64,000 bases of DNA from Limisphaerales bacterium (lineage in GTDB: Bacteria > Verrucomicrobiota > Verrucomicrobiia > Limisphaerales > UBA1412): the NCBI GenBank assembly GCA_050949405.1, contig JBMNFQ010000001.1:1578727-1642726 (forward strand), in the 5' to 3' direction. Made by a program: the position numbers and the translations under genes. Below are positions 1 through 7,519 of this stretch, one piece after another; positions within the stretch are counted from its first letter, which is position 1, and each line of letters starts with the position of its first letter. The notes beneath the pieces are model-generated. The model did no database searches, was not told where the DNA came from, and saw only the letters and a list, made by a program, of their open reading frames with translations.

Positions 1-1
1 C

Positions 2-589
2 CAGAACCCTGCCTTCAACCTGCCGGGCGTGCCCGGGCTGCCTGAATCGGTCAACGCCTCGCAGAGCGTCAACCCCTACGTGAATGCGGTTTTGGTGCAG
101 GTGGAAAAAGATTACCTGCCCGAGGATGTCGCTCGTATGATTAGCCGCTGGAAACGGCTGACCGTCTATACCCGCAGCCAGATGGAGGAAATCCTGGTTG
201 GTAAACTCATCGCCACTTCCGCTCGCCAGATATTCATGTTCCTCGTGATTCTTTCGCTGGTGAGCTCGGCCATTGTCGCTTTTATTATCTATACGCTGAC
301 GCTCGGGAAAATCCGAGAAATTGCGGTCTTGAAGCTGATTGGTACGAAGAACAGGACAATTGTCGGCCTCATCATGCAGCAATCAATTGCATTGGGGCTG
401 ATCGGTTTTGTGGTGGGCAAAATTTCGGCCACGTTGCTGATGGCGCCGATTTTCCCCAAGTATGTACTTCTGCAGCCGCTGGATTCGGTGTTTGGGTTTT
501 TCGCGGTGGTCGTTATCTGCATTATTTCAAGTACGATCGCCATACGTGCCGCGCTGGCGGTGGACCCGGCCGATGCCATAGGAGGATAG
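2..589 (+). CDS. ABC transporter permease, FtsX/DevC/MacB-type, C-terminal fragment (5' end lies outside the window)
   Basis: The frame is open from nt 2 with no stop. It encodes several hydrophobic helices typical of the FtsX-type permease C-terminus (LVILSLVSSAIVAFIIY, IALGLIGFVVG, FFAVVVICIISS). The cognate ATPase gene starts 2 nt after its stop. Confidence 0.75.
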   Translation, partial: QNPAFNLPGVPGLPESVNASQSVNPYVNAVLVQVEKDYLPEDVARMISRWKRLTVYTRSQMEEILVGKLIATSARQIFMFLVILSLVSSAIVAFIIYTLTLGKIREIAVLKLIGTKNRTIVGLIMQQSIALGLIGFVVGKISATLLMAPIFPKYVLLQPLDSVFGFFAVVVICIISSTIAIRAALAVDPADAIGG

Positions 590-590
590 G

Positions 591-1304
591 ATGAAGAGCT
601 CTGGAATTCGGATTGAAGGATTGAAGAAACGCTACGGAAGCGGCGAGACTGCCGTGGATGCCTTGAAATCGGTAGATATGCTCGTGGCTCCCGGGGAAGT
701 GGTCGGCTTGATCGGTCCCTCGGGCTCCGGCAAAACAACGCTCCTCAAGTGTCTGGGAGCGGTCATTGAACCGACCGCCGGCAAAATGACACTGGGCCAG
801 GAGGTAATTTACGATAACGGCTGGAAAATCAGAGACCTGCGAGCGCTACGACGGGACCGGATTGGCTTCGTCTTTCAAGCGCCTTATCTGATTTCCTTCC
901 TGGACGTGACCGATAATGTCGCTCTTTTGCCGATGCTTGCTGGCATTCCCAATGCCGAGGCGCGTGCCAGAGCCCGGAAGTTGCTGAAAGAGCTGGACGT
1001 GCTGCATCGTGCCCAGGCGATGCCTTCGCGGCTTTCGGGCGGAGAGCAGCAGCGGGTGGCGATTGCCCGCGGGCTGGTCAATCAGCCGCCTGTCATCCTG
1101 GCTGATGAACCGACGGCGCCGCTTGATAGTGAGCGCGCTCTGGCCGTTATCCGAATCCTCAACGATATGGCCCGCAAATTTGAGACCGCTATCATTGTCG
1201 TCACTCACGACGAAAAGATTATCCCCACCTTCAAGCGTATTTACCAAATCCGTGACGGCGTGACTTATGAGCAAAACGGCGAGGGGCGTCTGCTGACAAC
1301 ATGA
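591..1304 (+). CDS. ABC transporter ATP-binding protein (DevA/LolD/MacB-like)
   Basis: Walker A GPSGSGKTTLL, ABC signature LSGGEQQRVAIARGL, Walker B VILADEPT and H-loop VVTHD are all present. Confidence 0.9.
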   Translation: MKSSGIRIEGLKKRYGSGETAVDALKSVDMLVAPGEVVGLIGPSGSGKTTLLKCLGAVIEPTAGKMTLGQEVIYDNGWKIRDLRALRRDRIGFVFQAPYLISFLDVTDNVALLPMLAGIPNAEARARARKLLKELDVLHRAQAMPSRLSGGEQQRVAIARGLVNQPPVILADEPTAPLDSERALAVIRILNDMARKFETAIIVVTHDEKIIPTFKRIYQIRDGVTYEQNGEGRLLTT

Positions 1305-1371
1305 ACACAAAGGGGAGGGAAGCCCATCCCTTCCGAACGAAAAATCAGAGAAAGAATTTATAGGAGTATTT

Positions 1372-2847
1372 ATGAAGAACAACAGTTTAGCCCGCTATCT
1401 GCAATACGCCTGGCCCGTGTTTGTGGCGCTGGTGCTGGCGGGATGCAAAGCGGGACCGCAATTCCAACGGCCTGCGGCTCCGGAAGTAAGCGGCTATAGC
1501 GCCGAGCCACTGAAGCAGCCGGCCGGGCAGACCCAGGAGTTCATCGAGCTCTCGGCCTTTGGCAAAGAAGGCTGGCAGTCTCTCTGCAATGAAGAGCTAA
1601 GCGCCCTTATCAGCGAGGCTTTGGAGCGCAACCCGACCCTCATTGCCGCCGAAGCGACCCTGCGCCAGGCCCGGGAGCTCTACTCCGCAAAGGCCGGCAC
1701 GACCTACTATCCGAAAATCAGCGCGGACCTGGGCGCTCAACGCCAGCGCTTTAATCCCATCACCATGGGGCAATCGAGCAGCCCGCGAGAGTTCAACATC
1801 CTGCGTGCCGGTCTGGGGGCTCAATACAGCTTTGACCTGGCCGGTGGCAATCGCCGCGCGCTGGAGGCCTTGGCCGCCCGCAGTGATTACGAGCAATACC
1901 GGCTGGAGGGAGCGCGACTGACGCTGGCGGCCGATATCCTCGCTACGGCCATGGAGAGGGCCGGTCTGCAACGGCAGCTCGAAGTGATGGAAAACATCCT
2001 CCAAGTTCAGGAAGAGCAGCTCGCTCTCACCGCTGAGCGCATCCGGCTGGGTCATGTCCAGCCCGATGAAGAGCTCTCCCAGCAAACACGGCTGGAACAG
2101 ACGCGCGCAGAGCTGCCGCTCCTGCGCAACCAGATTCAGCAAAACGGGCACCTCCTGGCGGTTCTGCTTGGTCGAGCGCCTGCCGAGCGTCCCGTACCCG
2201 ATTTCCGGCTGGAAGATTTCACCCTGCCGCCGCAGTTGCCGCTTTTGATTCCCTCGGAGCTCGTCCATGCGCGGCCGGATATCCTCGGAGCCGAAGCGCT
2301 GCTCCATGCCGCCAATGCGGAGTACGGAGTCGCCATCTCCAGACTCTATCCGCAGCTCACCCTGAGCGCCGGCCTTGCCACCCAGGCCCTGACGCCTGAA
2401 GAGCTCTTTGGCGGCTCTTCGATCATCTGGAACCTGATGGGGCAGATCACCCAGCCGCTCTTTGACCCTGCCTTGCCTGCGGAAAAACGGGCTGCTCTGG
2501 CCGCTTTCGATGCGGCCGCAGCCAATTACCAGCATGTGGTGCTTGAGGCGCTTCGCAACGTGGCTGATATTCTGAAGAGGGTGGAAAATGATTCGGATCG
2601 GCTGGAGGCTTTTGCGGCGGCCGATCGGGCCAAAAGTGCCTGGCTCGAAACGATGGAGCGGCGCCAGAGCCTCGGCGCGGCCAGCTACTACGAGCTCCTT
2701 CTGGAACGGCAAGAGCGACTCCTGAGCCGGATGGACCTCGCGCAAGCCCAAACCCAATGCCTGCTCAACTCGGTCGCCTTTTTCCAGGCCATGGCCATCC
2801 CCCTGCCCGAGAAAGAAGAGGCTGACCTAACCGTAGGGAAAAATTAG
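1372..2847 (+). CDS. NodT/TolC-family outer membrane efflux lipoprotein
   Basis: It has a signal peptide with lipobox LAGC and two outer-membrane-efflux repeats (ERNPTLIAAEATLRQA and HARPDILGAEALLHAA). It follows the ABC permease and ATPase pair. Confidence 0.85.
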   Translation: MKNNSLARYLQYAWPVFVALVLAGCKAGPQFQRPAAPEVSGYSAEPLKQPAGQTQEFIELSAFGKEGWQSLCNEELSALISEALERNPTLIAAEATLRQARELYSAKAGTTYYPKISADLGAQRQRFNPITMGQSSSPREFNILRAGLGAQYSFDLAGGNRRALEALAARSDYEQYRLEGARLTLAADILATAMERAGLQRQLEVMENILQVQEEQLALTAERIRLGHVQPDEELSQQTRLEQTRAELPLLRNQIQQNGHLLAVLLGRAPAERPVPDFRLEDFTLPPQLPLLIPSELVHARPDILGAEALLHAANAEYGVAISRLYPQLTLSAGLATQALTPEELFGGSSIIWNLMGQITQPLFDPALPAEKRAALAAFDAAAANYQHVVLEALRNVADILKRVENDSDRLEAFAAADRAKSAWLETMERRQSLGAASYYELLLERQERLLSRMDLAQAQTQCLLNSVAFFQAMAIPLPEKEEADLTVGKN

Positions 2848-3879
2848 AGAATCATCCCACTCTTTTAAAATGCCGTTCAACTGCTCTTGGATAGAACGGA
2901 AATCCTGGTTTAAGTCCAATGTCTTCACGCTTATTTTGTTTCCAATTATCGTGCAGCAGCTATCGGGAAAAGTTTCTTCATCAGTTTTTGCATAGAGGAG
3001 AAGGCCACTGACTTCGTTGGTGGACTGAGCGGCTTTATTCTTCACGTACGAAAATATCTGGTATAAATGAGCTGCTTGAATACTCTTTTTGTCAGACTCC
3101 GGATGACTGCGTAAAATTTCCGAGTAGTACTTAGTATCAATAATGAGAGTGTCCCCGTTGTGTTCCAAGGTGACATCTGTTTTCATGGTAGGCAGATGGT
3201 CGCTCTTGCTTTCGCTTGTGTGCCAGTTTATCAAAGCACTTGATGGTTTCATCTGTGGATAATGCTTTCGATAGTACTCGAAGACGAATTTTTCAAAAAG
3301 CCGAGGCATGTTCTTTTCTTCAAATTGCCTCAATCTTCTGGATCCCTCTTGAGTTGTCGGGAGCAAGGATTCCTGTGCCATCTTGCAAATTTCGATGAGC
3401 ATTTGATAGGTGGCGTTATTGCGATGATATTTTATGTTCGACCATTGAATCATTTTTGGGTGAAGAAGCTCTACTTCGTGAAAATAAAGCAAAACTCTCT
3501 GCAGCGCTTTCTTTTGTATCGCTTTCACATCGCTGGAGCGAACCAAAGCAGTGGCAATCGATTTTAACACCTGGTTCATATAAGTGTTTTCAGAATACTC
3601 ATCGTAATGACAAACAAGCCTCTTTTTCAGGAGGTTTTGCATTTTAAGGGATTGTGAAAACTCAATTTTCCCACGGGGAGAATTCAATGTGTCCGTTTTC
3701 TCAAAGTACTCTTTCCCCAGTCCGCGCTTTATTTGATTGGCTATACCCTTGGCCAGAATAGCTGCCAATAAATCATTAAGATGCTCGAACTCTTCGCCTT
3801 CAATATCTTTATAGGTGCCAGCCTGCAACACTTGAAAGGCGTAGGCGAGCATGTAATAGATGTTCTTTATCGGAATCAT
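2827..3879 (-). CDS. mcrC: McrC-like endonuclease subunit of a McrBC type IV restriction system
   Basis: The N-terminal NIYYMLAYAF block and a PD-(D/E)xK-like core (KTDVTL ... LIIDTKYY ... QIFSYV) match McrC. Its ATG overlaps the mcrB stop (ATGA on the minus strand at 3876-3879). The gene is very AT-rich. Confidence 0.85.
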   Translation of the reverse strand: MIPIKNIYYMLAYAFQVLQAGTYKDIEGEEFEHLNDLLAAILAKGIANQIKRGLGKEYFEKTDTLNSPRGKIEFSQSLKMQNLLKKRLVCHYDEYSENTYMNQVLKSIATALVRSSDVKAIQKKALQRVLLYFHEVELLHPKMIQWSNIKYHRNNATYQMLIEICKMAQESLLPTTQEGSRRLRQFEEKNMPRLFEKFVFEYYRKHYPQMKPSSALINWHTSESKSDHLPTMKTDVTLEHNGDTLIIDTKYYSEILRSHPESDKKSIQAAHLYQIFSYVKNKAAQSTNEVSGLLLYAKTDEETFPDSCCTIIGNKISVKTLDLNQDFRSIQEQLNGILKEWDDSLIFPYG

Positions 3880-5636
3880 GTAAGGGCTTCTTTATGATCA
3901 TTTATCCAGTCCTGAATTTTACTTTTTTCATCAAACCAATATTCGTTGAGCAGGGGAATCAGTTCAAACTCGATAACCGATTTTAACCAATCATTGATTT
4001 CGTCTGAATTGACATTATCGTCTGGGCAAAAATAGCTATGTCCGATATTGAACCCATCGCCCAGATTTTCATCCTCGCTGATTTTCTTATTGAGGGCTTT
4101 CACTGAATCAATGAGTTTTGGAAACTTTGTGCCCTTATATTTTTCTATTAATTTTTTGAATCCATCTGAATCAAAGGCTGGTCTCATCTCGTAGAAAGCA
4201 AATCGCCTTCTTAAGGCATAATCAATCATAGCCAGACTACGATCTGCGGTATTCATCAAGCCGATGAGATGTACGTTACGAGGAACAGAAAAGAGTTCAT
4301 TTTCATAGAGCAAACGAAGTTTTTCGCCTCGCTTATCATTTTCAATGAGCATTAGAAGCTCACCAAAAATCTTACTTAGATTTCCTCGATTGATTTCATC
4401 AATTATAAAGAAATAGTCTTGCTCTATGTCGTCTTGTGCCTCTTTACAAAATTCATAAAAAGGGCCACTGGTGAGCTTAAAACTCTCTTTGTTGGGACGG
4501 AAGCCCATAATAAAATCTTCGTAGCTATAGCTCTGGTGGAACTGCACCATCATGATGCGTTTTTCATCTTTTTCACCCATGATGGAATAGGCCAGCCGCT
4601 TCGAGGCAAAGGTTTTTCCGACCCCGGGAGGCCCCTGCAAAATGATATTCTTTTTTGCTATGATCAGTTTTTTAAGACGTTCATATTCAGAAGCCGCCAT
4701 GAATACTTCTTCCGAAAACATTTCCTCTGTATACTTGTCATAGACGATTTCCTCTTCAGATTCAATATCTTCAGATATATTATCACCAGCGATAAGAAGC
4801 TCTAATTTATTGATATAGCCAATTTTATCCGTTATGTCAGTTAGCGTTTTTCTTGTCATTTCCCCATCGGGATTTTCCCAATTCCCTTTATTTGTCCAGT
4901 CAACTTCCCGGAAATGCTTGTACTCTTCGCGGCTATCGTCAAATTCATAATCAGATTTTACGACACCCCGGCCGACTATTTTACTTGTTCCGTACTTTGC
5001 GAAAATGACATCGCCTTTTTGAAGCTCATTTGCGAACTGCCATGCCGCTAAAGTGACGTTCGGATAGCGCTTGTTGTTCTTGTTTAATTCCTGCAGCTTT
5101 ACACGTATCGCTTCTTTATTGGCATAGGAGCGCAAGTCGCTCAGATTATCCCACCCAATGCACATCCTGTCCTTTTCACGAAATTCATCCCATTTACTCG
5201 CCCTTCTGCCAGGGGAATATATCCAGTAGTGTTTTTCTCTCGTAGGGGATTCTATATATTGTTTTTCTCGATTAAGTTTTGATTCATTTCGTTTTTTATA
5301 AATTTCGTTGGCTAATTCATTAGTTATTATAGTTTTTTTTCCATTTTCTGTAAGAATCCAAACACCACGTTTTGATTTTTTAATGATTCCATGACGTAAA
5401 AAGTCTTCTTTCATCCAATAAAATTGTTTATTAAACTTTCTCTGATCTGATATTTCATAAGTTTTACTTAGTTCTTCATCGGAAAAATTCAAGGATTCTT
5501 TAATTTTCTTTAGCACTTCCTTAGTGGTAGCTGAGCCACCCAAACTTTGTAGAGCATGAAGCACAGGTCCATACCACTTTAAAATTTGTGCTTCCGACTT
5601 TTTCCCATGATTGTCAGTCTCGATTTTCGTACTCAT
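3876..5636 (-). CDS. mcrB: McrB-like AAA+ GTPase with a composite N-terminus (Mrr-N-like winged helix plus a second reader-like module)
   Basis: Motifs by my residue count are Walker A GPPGVGKT (aa 335-342), Walker B FFIIDEINR (aa 409-417), McrB-type MNTAD (aa 461-465) and RRRF (aa 476-479). The N-terminal 300 aa are unrelated to the AAA+ core. The gene is translationally coupled to mcrC. Confidence 0.85.
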   Translation of the reverse strand: MSTKIETDNHGKKSEAQILKWYGPVLHALQSLGGSATTKEVLKKIKESLNFSDEELSKTYEISDQRKFNKQFYWMKEDFLRHGIIKKSKRGVWILTENGKKTIITNELANEIYKKRNESKLNREKQYIESPTREKHYWIYSPGRRASKWDEFREKDRMCIGWDNLSDLRSYANKEAIRVKLQELNKNNKRYPNVTLAAWQFANELQKGDVIFAKYGTSKIVGRGVVKSDYEFDDSREEYKHFREVDWTNKGNWENPDGEMTRKTLTDITDKIGYINKLELLIAGDNISEDIESEEEIVYDKYTEEMFSEEVFMAASEYERLKKLIIAKKNIILQGPPGVGKTFASKRLAYSIMGEKDEKRIMMVQFHQSYSYEDFIMGFRPNKESFKLTSGPFYEFCKEAQDDIEQDYFFIIDEINRGNLSKIFGELLMLIENDKRGEKLRLLYENELFSVPRNVHLIGLMNTADRSLAMIDYALRRRFAFYEMRPAFDSDGFKKLIEKYKGTKFPKLIDSVKALNKKISEDENLGDGFNIGHSYFCPDDNVNSDEINDWLKSVIEFELIPLLNEYWFDEKSKIQDWINDHKEALT

Positions 5637-5796
5637 CGCATTTATTTGTCTAACAAGTTAAAGAATTCATTTTTCTCAAAAGCTTTCACTGGCTTCTGCT
5701 GGAAGGGATGTGAAAACTCAACTAATAAAATACGTTAGAACTGTATCCCTTTGGATAGCGAGTGTAAAGTTGAAAATAGAATTATTTAAAAAAATA

Positions 5797-6110
5797 GAAA
5801 ACCCGTCAGAGTGGAGAATGATTCCAGTCGGCAGAAATAATTTTCAGCATCTGCAACGCCCGCTCCAGCAGATACCTACTCCTACTATCTGCGTTTCATC
5901 CCCCCCAGCAGGTGTCAGAAGAGAAACGTCACGGCAGCTTATGCCGCGAGAGCTAATTCTTCGTTAGCATTTATTGTTTTAGTCCGATGATTAACGAGGG
6001 CTAAGAATGGAATAGCATCAATAGCGGAGAGGTTAAACAAAAGCGTAGTGGAACGTGGTTTGAATGAGCGAGAAAGCGCGTTTTGTTTATTTTTTATTGA
6101 AGAGGAAAGA
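5797..6110 (-). pseudogene. Truncated, decayed copy of ssrA (tmRNA), retaining a terminator remnant, internal nt 65-234 and a degenerate promoter region
   Basis: Positions 5829-5999 align to 7023-7192 of the intact ssrA with about 6 differences, and 5920-5999 is identical to 7113-7192. Positions 5797-5831 resemble the ssrA terminator region 6846-6880. Positions 6008-6100 loosely resemble 7271-7358. Both tRNA-like-domain halves are missing. Confidence 0.65.
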
Positions 6111-6786
6111 GAGCGGTGGCACAATACCCCCAATAACTGGTGCGTGTGTTAGCAACGCGAGGATGGCGACTCAACCTATATCAATATCAACGAAGATGCA
6201 CTCTATAAAAATACTCAGACCCTCGGCGGATCAGGTGTCCATGTATCTGAAAAGGTGGGATACATTGGACAATTATGTACTGCAAGAGAGCAGCCTCAGA
6301 AAGCTGTTCGCTAAGACGTATCCCAAAAATGGCGAAATGGATGATGTCCTGATCAAGGTCTGCTCGCTGAACGATTTTTACAGTACGAACATCTTTTCCC
6401 CATTCACTGTTGCCAAGCACATAGTTGATTTGGATATCGACCCCCGCCTCGCAAATCGGGATCTGACTCTGGTGAACGATATTGCCGTGGTCAAGGTTAA
6501 CGGTCGGAAGCCCCGTAATAATTATTCATTTGCCACCAAGTACTGCAGCCATCATTTCCCGAAGGATTATCCGATCTATGATAGCTTCGTGGAAAAGATG
6601 CTCATGCACCTCTTGCAGGTGGATAAATTCTATAAATTCAAGAAGGAGGATCTGAAGCACTATCCGACATACCACGCTGTTTTAGTGGAGTTCAGACGTT
6701 TCTATGGGCTGGGAGGCTTCACCCTCAAAGAGATCGATATGTACCTCTGGCAGGCGGGTAAAAAATACTTTCCCAGACAATACTGA
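6064..6786 (+). CDS. Hypothetical protein, orphan ORF between the ssrA remnant and ssrA (start uncertain: 6064, 6163 or 6196)
   Basis: The frame is long, open and AT-rich without low-complexity bias. It has conserved-looking blocks CSLNDFYSTNIFSP, YSFATKYCSHHFPKDYPIYDS and IDMYLWQAGKK. I can assign no family with confidence. Confidence 0.55.
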   Translation: MSEKARFVYFLLKRKESGGTIPPITGACVSNARMATQPISISTKMHSIKILRPSADQVSMYLKRWDTLDNYVLQESSLRKLFAKTYPKNGEMDDVLIKVCSLNDFYSTNIFSPFTVAKHIVDLDIDPRLANRDLTLVNDIAVVKVNGRKPRNNYSFATKYCSHHFPKDYPIYDSFVEKMLMHLLQVDKFYKFKKEDLKHYPTYHAVLVEFRRFYGLGGFTLKEIDMYLWQAGKKYFPRQY

Positions 6787-6840
6787 CAGATGGACAACCG
6801 GATCAATATCACTTCCCGAAATCGTGTGAATATGAGGGGA

Positions 6841-6885
6841 AAAAAGAAAACCCGTCAGAGTAGAGAATGACTCCAGACGGACGGG
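6841..6885 (-). terminator. Rho-independent terminator of ssrA
   Basis: On the minus strand, stem CCCGTC/GACGGG (6851-6856 pairs with 6880-6885) is followed by a U-run encoded by aaaaagaaaa at 6841-6850. It lies 16 nt downstream of the tmRNA CCA end. Confidence 0.7.
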
Positions 6886-6900
6886 ATTATCTTATTCAAA

Positions 6901-7256
6901 TGGTGGAGGCGGCGGGAGTTGAACCCGCGTCTCCGAACAATTAACCGGAAGTGACTACATGCTTAGCCAGAAGAAAATCTCGGCACCGGATATGCCTTCT
7001 GACCCACACTCCAGCGCCCAGCCGGCAGAAATAATTTTCAGCATCTGCAACGCCCGCTCCAGCAGATACCTACTCCTGCTATCAGCGTTTCTTCTCCCCA
7101 GCAGGTGTCAGGAGAGAAACGTCACGGCAGCTTATGCCGCGAGAGCTAATTCTTCGTTAGCATTTATTGTTTTAGTCCGATGATTAACGAGGCCAACGAA
7201 CCATCCTCGGCATGCCACCGCCGACGCGTTCTCCGGATCGAAACCAGTACGCCCCC
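6901..7256 (-). ncRNA. ssrA: tmRNA (transfer-messenger RNA)
   Basis: On the minus strand the 5' end GGGGGCGTACTGGTTTCGA pairs with the 3' end CGCCTCC-ACCA, including a G3:U wobble. The T-arm is GCGGG-TTCAACT-CCCGC. The internal tag frame GCT AAC GAA GAA TTA GCT CTC GCG GCA TAA encodes ANEELALAA. Confidence 0.92.
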
Positions 7257-7519
7257 GGCAAAGTAACCAACGGTATCATAGCATCAAAAGCGCGTAGGTC
7301 AAATGAAAGCGCTGTTGGAAGAGGGTTAAAGCGGGTTTTTTTTGTTTTTTTATTGAACCGTAAATTGCAGGCAGGCATAATGTGTTGACATGTGATGCGT
7401 GAGTGAGCAGCGCAAGGCTGCTGCCATAGTATCGCGGCTATTGAACAACGCACGGGGTTCGGCCTATGGCCGGCCCTTGGAACAGATGATAAAACACGAC
7501 GTAAGTCGCAAGAAAGATT

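Noticed and set aside
1597-2757. 386-aa ORF antisense to the outer-membrane efflux gene, with other nested ORFs at 1643-1921, 2054-2248 and 2136-2336
   Set aside because: It lies entirely inside a gene with clear family motifs. Its translation is Arg/Gly/Pro-rich low-complexity sequence, typical of the antisense frame of GC-rich coding DNA.
3254-3262. Perfect DnaA box TGTGGATAA inside mcrC, and TTATCCACA at 27062-27070 inside the GH13/GDE gene
   Set aside because: These are isolated single matches within coding sequence and are expected by chance. They are used only as a caution for the oriC call.
5710-5967. 85-aa plus-strand ORF across the ssrA remnant, and ORFs 6959-7183 (+) and 7184-7453 (-) across the intact ssrA and its promoter
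   Set aside because: They overlap an RNA gene or its decayed copy. The two plus-strand ORFs share sequence only because of the ssrA duplication.
5939-6133. 64-aa minus-strand ORF ending in ANEELALAA, which would be a protein natively carrying the ssrA degradation tag
   Set aside because: It exists only because the truncated ssrA copy lost the upstream tmRNA structure, so the tag frame stays open upstream. It has a TTG start, no ribosome-binding site, and overlaps ORF 6064-6786 antisense. I treat it as a by-product of the pseudogene. It is mentioned because it could be checked by ribosome profiling.
2827-7256. Intact integrative element or prophage at ssrA
   Set aside because: There are no integrase, excisionase, transposase, or phage structural or replication genes. 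The duplicated ssrA segment is internal rather than the 3' attachment core. I report it only as an eroded island.
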